Positions 24,022 to 36,453 of a DNA stretch of 64,000 nt are shown here, piece by piece. The translations under genes were made by a program, and so were the position numbers. The first letter of the stretch is position 1. Every line of letters starts with the position of its first letter. Origin of the DNA: Podarcis muralis (taxonomy: Eukaryota); the NCBI RefSeq assembly GCF_964188315.1, contig NC_135656.1:96348001-96412000 (forward strand). Direction: 5' to 3'. Under the pieces are notes generated by a model, which had not been told where the DNA came from, searched no databases, and saw nothing but the letters and a program-made list of their open reading frames with translations.

Positions 24022-25500
24022 GTCTAGATCAGCCTGTTTCAGAACTTCTGTGCTCGTTGGACTAGCTGATCCACTTCAAAACCCCTGGTGTTCTTCGATC
24101 CATCAATTTCACAGAACTGCCTCTTCCCGTCAACACATACCTCCCAAATTATGAGAATCCTTAAATCCTACATACTTCACAAAGCGTGCAAAAGCAAATA
24201 AGTTATGCTACATGAACAAAAGCACATAAAATGTCCCAAACAGTTACCATTTTGTTTTGTGCATGGCATGTTTGGTTCACAGGATTTTGGATTTTTGTTT
24301 TTTTAAAAAACAGACTTGGCTGTTCCAACACAGAACATGATATTTTGAATCAACTGTTGATGCTAGCCAAAGGAAGCATCCGCTAGCTAAGAATGAATAA
24401 AATAGTATTGTATGTGGAAAATGACCAGAACATAAGCAATTTTATAGGCTCTAAGGGAAAAAACAAAACCCTGATGTGCTCAACATTCTTAAGCGCACAC
24501 ATTTCCAGCAAAATATAAATGTTTGATGTTGTGTCATTTTAAAAGGAGAGTTTAAAAGCAATTGCACTATAAGTACGCCTAACACTGATTCATTATCTGC
24601 CCATTTTCTTACTCATACTATCTGTACAGGACCACTGTGGAAAGCGTTTGCTTCTAAAAACAGAACAGGTCAACAGCAAGGATGCGGTCAGATTACATGC
24701 AACTCAAAATAAAGGGAGGAAAAGGAATATTTTGCTCATGGCTCACATCAGAAATCTGTCATGGGCTGGAGAGACAATATGTACGAATTTGCATTTTTGG
24801 TTTAGTTTACCATTTTATTTTATTTTTGGTAACCCAAACTTAAGGTTTGGTTTATAAATATTTCCCCCCATAAATACAGCAGATATCTGACAATAATTGG
24901 TGAACATGCTGCCATCATATGTGGTGGCCTACGGAGGCACACTTGATTGTCTCTTGAGACAGATTGATGCCAACAACCACTAGGTGATAGAAAGAAGAAA
25001 CCTCCCATTTTTGCAGTACCGTCAGGCATCAAAAACAGGAGGCTTACTGAGCCCCTCACAAACTGCAAAATGAGAGATTGAGAGAAACTGAAATGGACAG
25101 ATTTGCCCATCTCTGTGCACAGAGGAAATAAGGCATAGGGATGTAAAAGGCAGAAGTGATTCAGCAATAAAGTGGGGGAACTCCATTCATGGGAAACCAT
25201 GAAATAGAAGAGAAAGCCAATACTAAGAAGTGGACTTGAAAGGGCAATAACAGTGCAATGCGGCTGGCCATGAAGGTCATGAAGTCCAAAACATAAATGT
25301 GTTTCAAATTAGGTGAACAATACTTCAGTCTACAGGCTTTAAATGGTCATTCACTTTCTCAACTCCTTCCTACAACAAAGAGTTATTCACTAAAATTATG
25401 AGGCCTACAGAACATTTCCGCCACATTACCACTGTTTGTACCAAGACATATTTAGGCAACCACTTAAGGAGAGGGAGACAGAGAGCTGGAAAACGCATTA

Positions 25501-25750
25501 CAGTGGTACCTTGGTTCTCAAACTTAACCCGTTCCAGAAGTCCGTTCCAAAACCAAAGCATTCCAAAACCAAAGTGTGCTTTCCCACAGAAAGTAATGCA
25601 AAATGGATTAATCCGTTCCAGACTTTTAAAAACAACCCCTAAAGCAGCAATTTAACATAATTTTTACTATCTAACGAGACCACTGATCCATAAAATGAAA
25701 GCAATGAACAATGTACTGCAATCACACAATCCATCAATCAGTAGCTGAAC
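25501..25750. mobile_element. Tc1/mariner MITE (family C), right part truncated
   Basis: TA|CAGTGGTACCTTGGTTCTCAAAC start; no matching right TIR before the CR1 begins. Confidence 0.75.
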
Positions 25751-25759
25751 ATAAAAGCA

Positions 25760-26330
25760 ATACACGAGCATGCTGGATCAAGGTCGATGGTCCATAGAGT
25801 CCAGCATCCTTGTTCTTACAGTGGCTGAACAGGTGGCTATGGCAAGCATGCAATAGCGCTCTGCCCTTCCCAGCAACTGGCATTCAGAACCACAATGGAG
25901 GTAGAATGTAGCCACCGGGTTTAGAAGCCACAGAATACCTCCCTGAATTTGTCTATTCCTCTTTGAAAGCCAAGTTGGCGGCCATTGTTGTCTCTCGTGG
26001 GAATACGCATTGTGTGAATAAGGACTTTTCTCCCGCCTGTCCTGAATCTCCCAACATCCCAACTTCATTAAATGTCCCCAAGTTCTAATGTTATGAGACG
26101 GGGGACAAGGGGACTTTTTCCTATTCACACCATGCATAATTTTATATATACCTTTCTCACATTGCTTCATACTTGCCTTTTCTCCAAGCTGAAAAGTCTC
26201 AAATGTGGTAACCTTTCCTCAAAGGGGAGTTGGCTCCATCCCTATGGCCAATTTGATTGCCCTTTTCCAACTCCACAATATCCTTTTCGAAGGTGTGGCA
26301 ACCAGAACTGTACACAGTATTCTAAGTGTT
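25760..26330 (-). mobile_element. CR1 LINE 3' fragment
   Basis: Minus strand HLEYCVQFWLPHLRK.. plus CR1 3'UTR block (GATCAAGGTCGATGGTCCATAGAGTCCAGCATCCTG on plus). Confidence 0.85.
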
Positions 26331-27289
26331 CTCTGTAGCCAGCGGCATTTATCACGCATGCCGAGATCATAGGTGGCTCCATTCCCTGAAGGGCTACCGC
26401 CATGTTAGTTTCCCTAAGACGCAGTGCCTGACACACTGCATGCTGGGGAATCAACCATGGCAGGTGTCTGCCTCAAACAGAGCCAAGCTCATAATAACAA
26501 GCACTGCGCCCCCATAGAACCACATCAGTGGGGAGAAGGCGTCTGGTGGTGGAGGCAGCAATAGAAGCGCAATACCATACTGCAACTCTGATAGGTGCAG
26601 GGATCCCAATGGCATTGGGGCAGCACCTCCAGGGCAGGCCCTTCCAAGCCTCTGGGGCCTCAGAGAAATCCCAGTCATTCCATTGCAAAGCACCAGTCCT
26701 GCATGCTCTTACTCTTTCCTTAGGATTTATAAGTCAATGCATTTGAGGACAGGGCAGGTGTAAAATGGGATTTCTTAGGCAGCAGCAGATCATGCTAATG
26801 ATTCATTTCATATTTTTATTTAATTAAATTTATCACACTGCATTGTTCATTTTAATGTGATCTTATTTTTTCTTTCATTTGCTCTTTGTTTTTAAAACTT
26901 CAGTGGGAGTCCTTTTGAGGAATGAAGAGTAAGACACCCCATAAACATGAACTACAAAGGAAGAAAGGAAGTCTCAAGTCAGTAGCTTCCACGATAATCT
27001 CACTGTTGAGAAATTCCTTCAAGCGACAGACCTCCTTGTCAGGGGAAGGGGGAAAAAATTGAATGCACCAAGGTGGAATGGTGGAAGGTACTTAACCCAC
27101 TTCAGTTTCTCTTTCAGAATGAAGTATGAGCTTGCACATCGGTGTATTTGCAAAACTCGTGGAAATACCCCACTTCCCCTCTGGAGCACAAACTGTTTCT
27201 TCATCTGACCCAGACTTTAAATAACCGCAACTTCTGTGGCTTTCACAAAATAACACTTCAGAAAAAGGCTTCTGTCTGAAGCCTTACAG

Positions 27290-27385
27290 GTGTGTAAATA
27301 TACATGCATAGAACTCCCTCGACGGATGATACAAAAACCCATTGACCGGGATTTGTGTACTCCTCGGTGGGAGCCCTACACACAT
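27290..27385 (+). CDS. Possible internal exon, VCKYTCIELPRRMIQKPIDRDLCTPRWEPYTH
   Basis: Acceptor gccttacag, donor CAT|gtaagc; 96 nt, single open frame, CpG-retaining; product not recognised. Confidence 0.35.
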
Positions 27386-27808
27386 GTAAGCGTAGGGCCG
27401 ACTCCACAGTAACGCCGATCATGCATTGACTGAGGATATGGCTGAAATGTGCACCAAAATCTAGGTGTGAGGCTTGTGCAAGCCCTTTTACGTGTTTATA
27501 CTAACCTCTTCATTATGACTTATGTTGTTCTCCCCAAAGGCTCAAGGCCTAGGACAATAGTTGCCATGGTGCCCTTGTGTGATTTACCAGTTGGTCAGGG
27601 GTACCACAGGGAGGTCCTCCTTCTCTCAACATCTGTGTGAAGCTCAACAACTGTGGTGGTTTTCTAAGCTCAACAGCTTTGGGGGTGTCAGGAATTTTAC
27701 GTTTTGAAATATGGCAAGCCTAGCAGCATCAGAGGAGTCCAGAGGAGAGTGCTTGTTATGCTTTAGGATTACAGCTACCAGAGCTTAGGCCTTGTATGTA
27801 ATAACACA

Positions 27809-28048
27809 CAGTGGTACCTTGGTTTACAACCATAATCCGTTCCGGAGGTCCGGTTGTAAACTAAAACAGGTTGTAACCCAAGGCATGCTTTCGGCAATGG
27901 GGCCTCCCCCCCCCCAAAAAAAAAATTGGTTGTAATCCCCCAAAAATGGGTTGTAATCCAAAAAAAAGGGACACACACTTCCGGGTTTGACGTGGTTGTA
28001 ATCCAAAGCAATTGTAATCCAAAGCGTTTGCAAACCAGGGTACCACTG
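27809..28048. mobile_element. Tc1/mariner MITE (family E)
   Basis: CAGTGGTACCTTGGTTT...AAACCAGGGTACCACTG|TA. Confidence 0.9.
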
Positions 28049-28276
28049 TATTTCCATAGGTTCCAGGTGGAGTTCTGGCAATCACCAGTATAAATAAAAA
28101 ATTCCACAATTTATTGAGAGGGTGAAAACCCTTGAAGATGGGGGAACGCATGCCCTTCAGCACCGGCCATTTACAAATGAAGAGAAGTGTGTTGCGATGG
28201 GGGGTTATGGGACAGCAACGGAGGAAGCTGTGTAAACTGGAGAATTTCACTAGCATCTCTAGTAAATGTCTAGAGT

Positions 28277-28475
28277 CAGGGCCGCCACACGACATTTTGG
28301 CACCTGAGGCGAACCACAAAATGGTGCCCCATCCCCTTTCAGAGACGGAGGTGTGATTGAAGCTCTACATCTGGAACAAGAGGGGAATAAAAATCTACAT
28401 TGGGATCTGCTGTCCCTGTGGATCCTGCCGCCTTGAGGTGGTTGCCTCTCCTGGCTCATGGGTGGGCCAGTCCTG
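28277..28475. mobile_element. hAT-type MITE
   Basis: CAGGGCCG...CAGTCCTG; flanks TCTAGAGT / CCTAGAGT (7/8). Confidence 0.7.
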
Positions 28476-29127
28476 CCTAGAGTTCAAAAGATACCTGGAA
28501 CATCTTCAAGGCAGACATACATACAAAAGAAAAAGAAAAAGGCATCCGACAGAGGCTTTAAAAATACATATAGGGCACTTTGATGTAGGCATCGGCGGTT
28601 TCAGAAAACACAATTTCTAAAGAGTTCCATGAAAAATCTAGCACACAAGTGCAATTCATAACAGCACAGAAGTCCCTGCTCGCTTGGTTCCATGGTCTTT
28701 TCCATTCACAAAGAGGCACCACAGTATTTTGAAGCGCAAATAATCAAATTCTGATTCGACATTTCAAAACATTAGGAGAATAGGCCTAGCAAATGGTTTA
28801 GGAAACTGCCTCCCAAAATTAGTTTCACCCTTTTTGGAACGGGTGGGGAAATGAAAGGGAGGGCCAGCCCTGCAGTCACAAGAAAATAAAGAGTTCCATT
28901 CATGCTACAAACCACATAAAACCGACAGCACTTGTTATCAATGACGCCAGAATTTCAAAGCCATTTGTTTATTATTTAGGAGACTGGAACTTATAGGTGC
29001 TTTAAGGTCTGCACTCCCTATTGTTGTTGGGGTTTTGTTTTGTTTTGTTGTTTTTTACACAAATCAAGCTGCCAGGTAAACTTCTTAGACTCTGCATATC
29101 CAAGCCTTTCTCCTATAAATTACATGA

Positions 29128-29507
29128 GCCAGTATACCTGAAGGAGCGTCTCCACCCCCATCGTTCTGCCCGGACACTGAGGTCTAGCACCGAGGGTCTT
29201 CTGGCAGTTCCCTCACTGGGAGAAGCCAAGTTACAGGGAACCAGGCAGAGGGCCTTCTCAGTAGTGCCACCTGCCCTGTGGAACGCCCTCCCACCAGATG
29301 TCAAAGAGAAGAACAGCTACCAGACTTTTAGAAGACATCTGAAGGCAGCCCTCTTTAGGGAAGCTTTTAATGTTTAACAGACTGTGGACATGTTATTCTT
29401 ATGTGCCTACTGTATTTTAATACTTTGTTGGAAGCCGCCCAGAGTGGCTGGGGAAACCCAGCCAGATGGGCGGGGTATAAATAAATTTTTTATTATTATT
29501 ATTATTA
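29128..29507 (+). mobile_element. L2 LINE 3' end (same young family as 2118-2500)
   Basis: PVYLKERLHPHRSARTLRSSTEGLLAVPSL..RAFSVVPPALWNALP..FRRHLKAALFREAF*; (TTA)n tail. Confidence 0.95.
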
Positions 29508-29681
29508 GCCGCTTAGGTGGATTTTCAATTAATGAGTTTGATTCAGGGTAGTGTGAGTAAAGTTCCACTCATGCAATGGGGCTTTTCTAACACCCTGTGT
29601 TGTAACCACTTGCATCTCCTGAAAATCTGTCCTTGTTGGTTAGAGGGCCCCTCCAGTGCACTATGGAATTAATTAATTACA

Positions 29682-29893
29682 TTTATATACCACCTATATC
29701 TTCCAAGGAGCTCAGGGTGGTGTACATGGTTCTCTCCCCCCCCCCCCCATTTATCTTCACAACAACCCTGTGAGGTAGGTTAGACTAACAGATGGTATCT
29801 GTTATGACTTGTGAGCTTCATGACTAAATAAGGGGGTTCAAACCCTGGTCTTCCAGGTCATAGTCCAACACTCTAACCATTATGCAACACTGC
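29682..29893 (-). mobile_element. tRNA/CORE (MIR-like) SINE
   Basis: CACAACAACCCTGTGAGGTAGG core; antisense head ending CACTCTAACCATTATGCAACACTG. Confidence 0.75.
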
Positions 29894-31172
29894 TAGGGGA
29901 TGCAGCACAAAAGGTGAATTTTCAGAATTTGCACACAGGGCACTTCTGGCTTATCATTCATTTGCTTATTAAATGTCTATACTACCCTTTACCTGAGGAT
30001 CATACTGAACAGTTTACAATACAAAAACACAAAAATACATAACATAACAGCAAACAGAAGCAATGACCCCTGCCACCCACGCACAGTTTAAAAGGCCATA
30101 GATTTATTACTATTTATTAAATCTCAGACCCTTAACATTTAATATGCATTTTACAAGATATTTTTATGTACATGTACATGTACATGCAATCCATTAGAAT
30201 TTGGTGGAATGCGTACATAGGGCTGTATCCAACAATGGACCCACAGAGTTTCACTTATGCAATAGACTTCCCCTTCCTCTTCCCTCTCCCTGCAGCCCCC
30301 CCCCCCCCGCAACTCCCAGAAGCATATTTTGAGGTTGCACAGGGGGCTACAGGGGAAAGGAAAGGAGGGGGAAGTTCTGTTGCACAAGCCGAAGCATGTT
30401 GCACAAGCAGAACGGCAGCATTAGGCGCAACTCAGACACAAAAGTCCAAAATATGTACACAAGCAATCCCAGCTTCACAATCAGACATTCGCATAAATAA
30501 ATTCCCAAGATCCAGGAAATCTACATAATGCTGAATAATGGGATAGGGGAGAAGGAAATCATCGAAAGGCTACCATAACCCGCTTGTCCACAATCCAAAC
30601 ATCACATGCTCCATTGAAATGTAAGGAGGCTTTCACAAAACATCCAGCATCATCTTAAATATTAGGAGAAGGAAACCAGAACCCCATTCCCAATTATGTA
30701 TCAGTTGCTGGGGATCGTGAGCTGAGGGAGTGCTCTCGCACCCAGGCCCTGCTTCCCACAAGCAAGTGGTTTGCCACCAAGAGATCAGGACACTGAACTA
30801 GAGTGGCCTTTGGTCTGATCTAGCAGGGCTCTCTGTATGTTCTCACAGAGGAAATCGAAGCATAGACATACCAGGAACAAAAATTGCAACCAGTCCTCAG
30901 GCAGGTTCTTCCTCCTCTTCATCAATACCTTGTTCACAGCAAATATGTCTTCTTCCTGGGCTCTCTCTGTCCCTTTTCTTTCAAGCTGTAACTCTTGACT
31001 CTTGAACCTCAGCTGCTGATGTTCCCTGCCACCCTCTTCTTAATTATCTCTCATCTCGTTTGAGTCTCCCAGAGACAAGCGGCAGAGTATAAAACAGACA
31101 TAAGACACACAACAAGCAGCTTTAAAACAACTTTTCAAAAGATAAATTTAACAAAAACAGATAAAAAACTGC

Positions 31173-31276
31173 CTTATCGCACGACATGATGGCTCCATAC
31201 ATATAATCTCCCTCATCTTTTTTTTTTTCCTGAGGACGACAAATCACGCAAGTTGATACATCCCACATACAAGCAT
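31173..31276 (-). CDS. Possible exon, (x)ACMWDVSTCVICRPQEKKKDEGDYMYGAIMSCDK
   Basis: Branch-point-like ACTAAC plus atttacag acceptor; requires a non-canonical GC donor (AAG|gcagtt). Confidence 0.15.
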
Positions 31277-31626
31277 CTGTAAATGTTAGTAATGGAGAGG
31301 TACATAACTGGGCAAGTGTTTGAACTAGTTGCAAGCTAGCAGTCGGAAACTGTATGTGCAGACGGTTCCGACTGCCTTCTCTGAGAAGCCACTGGCTGTT
31401 TTGTCACTTGTTAAGGCTAGACTGATAGCCCTTCTCCCAGCTTCAAAACACCACCAGACCTTTGGTTAGGTGCACAGTCTGTTCCAGCGGCAAGCACTGC
31501 TGGGCATCTGCTGAGATGCTGGCCAATTGCCGGGAGTTATAATGTTAGAAAACTGCAACCTGTGCTGCTGCTAGAAGTAGTACTACTCATGCAACACGTT
31601 GGCGACTAATATACAGACAATAATTA

Positions 31627-31688
31627 CCAAAATGATTATACATTCTTTATCAATCTTCTGAGAAAAATACAAAACCTTATGCAAAGGC
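31627..31688 (+). repeat. Left arm of 62-bp perfect inverted repeat
   Basis: CCAAAATGATTATACATTC...CCTTATGCAAAGGC is the exact reverse complement of 32736-32797. Confidence 0.95.
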
Positions 31689-31793
31689 CACAGAGACTTG
31701 TGAACTACCCAACCTAAGATGAACTTATAATGTCTGATTTCAATGGATCTTTCAAGTGCTTAACTCAGTCTTTTGTTTTCTTTATCTTTTTAG

Positions 31794-31820
31794 GTAAGTT
31801 CATGAAGATACCAACAAAAG
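31794..31820 (+). other. 27-nt micro-exon or recursive-splicing exon candidate (GTAAGTTCATGAAGATACCAACAAAAG)
   Basis: CTTAAC branch-like site, long polypyrimidine tract and TAG, immediately followed by GTAAGT; second donor AAG|gtaagt 27 nt later; open frame (x)KFMKIPTK, phase 1-1. Confidence 0.5.
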
Positions 31821-31982
31821 GTAAGTTCGGTGTTGTTCACAATACCGAGAGACGCTAGTGAAGTTGTAGATGGATGTTAATGAAGTTGTAGACAGGGTGC
31901 CGGCGTTTTGCACCTGTTTCGCCCTGGCAGTCCATGTAATTGAGAGGCCACTGTTCTCCCCCGATGGGGCCCTTTTACTAGT

Positions 31983-32591
31983 TGTGATGGCCTGGGATTT
32001 GGATTCGGAGGCTAAACCTGAGGAATCCCAGCCTGCACAGGAGTCCCCGTCTCCAGAACCAGCTGAGCCAGGGCTGGGGCCTGAGCCTGAAGGGTCCTCA
32101 CCTGTAGCTGGATCCTCAGGTGCAGGCACCAGCTGAGTCTGCTCTGGCTCCTGAGATGATGGAGGACCTATTGCCTGCAGGTGCTCCACTCTCAGCCCCG
32201 TCAGGGGAAGAGGAGGTTGCCTCTGGGTCCGGTAACCCTCCAGCCTCTCCTGAGCTGCAGAGGCTCAGGGCAGAGAGGCGGAGGGAACTAAGTTCCTGCA
32301 GGAGGAGTGCTCGCCTCCAGGCCAGGAGAGGCAAGTCACCTGTGGACCGGGGCTGCCCTATGCCTCGGGGCAGATAAAAGCCAGCCAGCCCAGTCCCAGG
32401 TTGCGGGAGCAACATTGTTGGTAGCCTGTTCCTGCCTGCACCCTGTCCTGCTCTTCTGCCAGATTTCCTGACCTCACACGACTCCCTGCCTTGGACCCAG
32501 CTTCAGCTTTGATGGACAGCCTCCATACCGTACCCTCGACCTTGGACTGGACTCGGACCTCTCCGCACGGTTAGCCCTCGGGACCAGCACA
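31983..32591 (+). mobile_element. Solo LTR (Gypsy-like)
   Basis: TGTG...CACA termini, GC-rich U3, TATA-like GATAAAAG at about 32373; flanks ctagt / ctggg match only 3/5; no internal domains. Confidence 0.7.
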
Positions 32592-32735
32592 CTGGGGCTT
32601 GCAGGTAGCACACTCCCAAGGTAGTTTTCCGGACTTCTTCAGTGGTCTAATCTCAAAGCCTTGATACGTATATTGATATTCAATTTCATAGAGAATACTA
32701 TTTCTTGGCTTAAGCTTAGGAGACTGATTTGCTTA

Positions 32736-32797
32736 GCCTTTGCATAAGGTTTTGTATTTTTCTCAGAAGATTGATAAAGAATGTATAATCATTTTGG
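32736..32797 (-). repeat. Right arm of 62-bp perfect inverted repeat
   Basis: Exact reverse complement of 31627-31688. Confidence 0.95.
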
Positions 32798-32914
32798 GAG
32801 TTATAATGTGGCTTCAATTGCTTAAAATGGTGAAGCCGTCTGGCTCAGGGCTCCACAGCACTTGTCAAAGACATATTTGGTAGCATGGCTCCTTGCCTCC
32901 ATTTTGCTGTATAG

Positions 32915-33362
32915 CATGGGTGGGGAACCTCTGATTTAGACAGCCAGCTCCTTAACAGCCCCCGCCCCTGTGGGTCAACTTTGACAGGTGGGTGGGACAG
33001 CCCACCTTTCAATCACTTGACGTCAGATGACTGTCAGCTAGAGGAAGGCAACCAACGTGTCAAAGTCGCTTGCTCAGAAAAGAAAAGTTGCTTGCTCAGC
33101 ACTTCCCAACGGCATCACAGCCAAGTGGTACTTAGAAAAAGTGCCCAGCATGGGGCTGGCAAAGCGACTTTCTTCAGGGATTGGCTGGAAAATCTGCCAC
33201 ACAGCGAATCCAGCAAGCTTGAACTCACCGCCCACCAGCTGATGGGTGCTGACTTCAACTCTGCTTTTCTGCAGGGATTGCTTTGTGATAAGAGTTTCCC
33301 TGCCTTTCATTGTTTCCCCCCCTTTTTTTACAGTTGCATCCAGCCACATTTTTGTCACCCTG
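32915..33362. mobile_element. hAT-like non-autonomous element (older)
   Basis: CATGGGTGGGGAAC...TTTGTCACCCTG termini; TSD not clean. Confidence 0.5.
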
Positions 33363-35836
33363 TATACAATTGATCTTTCATGGAAGACTGCTTATAACAA
33401 GCAGACACCAGTACAATTAAAACATGACTCTGCAGCTGACCTACAATTATCGTGTGTGTGTGGCTGCCTCCTGTTTATTGTCTCAATTTGTAAATATCTA
33501 TCCAATTTGGACATTCCACACTTGGAAGTTATAGGAAATGAGTAGGGCAACAAATATGCAATAGGCTTGAAATAGCTGTGTGGCATGGTTTAAATGCCAC
33601 ATCGTTCTGAAGCCTTGTTTGGGGCATAGTTTCTGGCAATTTTCTCACACAAACCATCACTGGTTTTTTATATATACATATATAAAATGCAGTATGTGTT
33701 TTGTAGCAAAGCCCCTTAATATTGCTGTGTGGAAGGTCAACATTAGTTTATTACTTTCTGAACTGCGACAGCTTTCCTGAAAGTAGCCTTACCCATGCTG
33801 TTCAGTGATTTGTGCATAGTGATGAGTGAAATATTACGGTATTTCAACATTGTTTTTAGGATGGCCCCCACCTACAACTTTGTCACCTTAATATAGCTTT
33901 TTATATACAATACTTCTTATTAATTTTCAATTACAATCCAATAATAGCCTCATTATAACAATACCAAATTATAATACAATTACTAATACCAATCATTCAA
34001 ATGCCAAATTATATAATTTAGGTGCCCCCCCCCCACATGCTAGATTTGATGGTTTTCTTTAATTCTGCATCCCAAAATCTTATTAATTTCAATTACATTC
34101 CGGTCAAAATAATAATCCCTTATACAACAACTGCAATATTAATAACTTCCATTTATGTTGTTGACACATAAACGATTTATAGAACTGCAAGTGAGGCACT
34201 CAAACTATATCTTTGTTCTTCCTGTGTGTGGCAATTATTCTGTCTGTGATGATTCTTCCTGTCCTTGTAAAATGTTATGTCTGTCTTTTCCCAGTTGTTG
34301 TTGTTCCCCATCATGCCTTGGGCGGAGACCTTATGTAGAATTGATCCCACATGGCTGCCTCGTTGTAACTCATGGACACACTCATTTTCTAAAGCACGTT
34401 CTGGATGTTCGCCAGTCTGCTACAAGAGCGAGGGAACAGGTGTGGCATCCATCACATGCCTTGCACTCTAGGCAGTTGTGTGGCTTGGGCCCAGAGGGAG
34501 AGGACCCCAAAAAACTGGAGCCAGAATTAGGGGGTGGATTTGTCTTAGACTCATGGCCTGCCCCACAGCAGCTAGATCTGGAAACCTGCCCAGCACTGGC
34601 TCATGAGAAATGAAAAGAGAGCCAACAGTAGCATCCTCCCAGAAGTGTCACTACACTCATCAAAACAATGATGCGACGAGAAGAGAGAGCGATGTTGGAG
34701 AAGCTGTCAGTGGTGTGCATGAATCTATGGGGCTCTCCCAACCTTGCCACCACCTTCCTCTACTCCATCCCAATAAGCAATGGCATTGTCACCAGAAAGA
34801 TGCCCCTGCCTCTGCCCCTGCCCTATGAGCCACTGCTGGGTCTCAATTTAATTATCACCCTAATTTGGGCAGAGAAGAGGTACATGTGATCTTCCAAGCA
34901 AATTCCAGAAGAAGCAACTTAAACCATCGCTCTCTTATATAGTTTCATTTCCAATGGGGGGGGGGGAGAGTAAGCCCATATTTCTTTGTGGAAGGGAAGG
35001 GAATCCCCCTCTCCAATGAAAGATCTCACAGTTCTGAGTGGTCTGAAAAGTCGGCTTAATTCCATAGAGTTCTGTAGCACCCAGCCAATCCATGCACTAG
35101 TCAATAATAAATCGATGATTCGTATTTTCCGTGTGCTGTGGTCTTTATTAAGTAGCATTTCCATTACTGCCTCTTAAAAGGTCTGTCTGGGAGCCTGACA
35201 CACATTTCCCCTTAATTATACATGCAAGCTATATTTGTCTCTGCAGCCCAGATACAGACTCTTAATTGAGTAAGAGTATAGCACACCCTTGATGATGCAG
35301 AGTTTCTAACAAGGGGACTTCCCAATATATAGGCCCATCCTCCACTGAGAAACAAAATTATCCACCCATTTTAAGAGAGAAACAAGGTTCCATGGTGTCT
35401 CCTTGAGTTCTTAAATAGTGCAATTATTAATGGAAACCTTTGCTAAAGGAAATTATATGTCCTGGCACAGCACTTTTGCATGTAAAACATAAAATTTAAG
35501 TAGTACAACATGTCCCAGGAACGTGTACTCCTAAACTGTATAATTTTGATACCATGGCTATTGCAAGTCTATTTCTTCAAAACTTTATTAAGCAACATTA
35601 CCATGGAACTGCTAGATGTACATAGGGATGGGAGCAACAACAACTAAAACAAACCAAACGTGTCACTTTACAGAATCCTGTGATCAACCACCAGCTGATC
35701 ACTAAGTCCTTACTTACTTCATTACTCCTCCTCACAGCAATCCTAGGAGGTAGGTAATGTCCTCGTTTTTTTATAAAGGGAACAGAGGCACAAACCAAAC
35801 ACGTTCTGCACCTGAGGGCAGTAGACCAGCTTAGGG

Positions 35837-36381
35837 CAGTGGTTTTCAATGAATGATGGTCGGGGTGCCATGGGCAACCCTGGTCTCTGTCCCTTTTTCC
35901 TTCCCTCCCTCCTCTGATGGCCTCTCGTGTCTCTGCCTCCCAAAGGCTTGCACGGCTGTTTGTTGTAACAGCCCTGGCTACAAGCTCCCCGGGCGAATGG
36001 TGCCTCTGGGGCTGGCCAGGGGGTGCTGGTTGCCAGGAGCTGATGTGGTCTCAGAGTAAGCAAACAAGTGGGCGAGGGAGCCCAGCCAGTCAGTCCGCCA
36101 GTCCTTGCTGTTGGTAATGAACAGACAAGTCCTAGGCCTCTGTGGGGCAGTGTGAGGCGGCACCTCTCTTTGGGGTGGGGGAGGCAGCCCAGAGACTGGG
36201 AGAGGGGAGAGAGGAGGCTGATGGAACACTCCACAAGGGAGCGTGTTCAGAAAAGGGTGAGAGGCTGCCAGCTCCTCAGGCAAGGGGTAACATAACTAGG
36301 CTCCTGAGACCCACAGGGCTGCCGCAGAAAGAATGTAGTTGGTCAAGGGAGCCGTGGACTCAACAAGGTTGAAAACCTCTG
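35837..36381. mobile_element. hAT (Charlie-like) MITE
   Basis: CAGTGGTTTTCAA...TTGAAAACCTCTG; perfect TSD GCTTAGGG. Confidence 0.9.
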
Positions 36382-36453
36382 GCTTAGGGGCTCGTGGCAA
36401 GGACATGTGCCACAGCAGCTCTTTGTTCAATGCAACACAACCCATTGCCTGTA

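Noticed and set aside
31800-32415. Overlapping 85-129 aa Pro/Ser/Glu-rich ORFs on both strands
   Set aside because: They lie mostly in a GC-rich solo LTR; low-complexity frames with no recognisable domain.
33880-34470. AT-rich tract plus open frames as a terminal exon
   Set aside because: Resembles a decayed antisense LINE (L1/Tx1-like) 3' region; frames are interrupted. Family assignment too uncertain to list.
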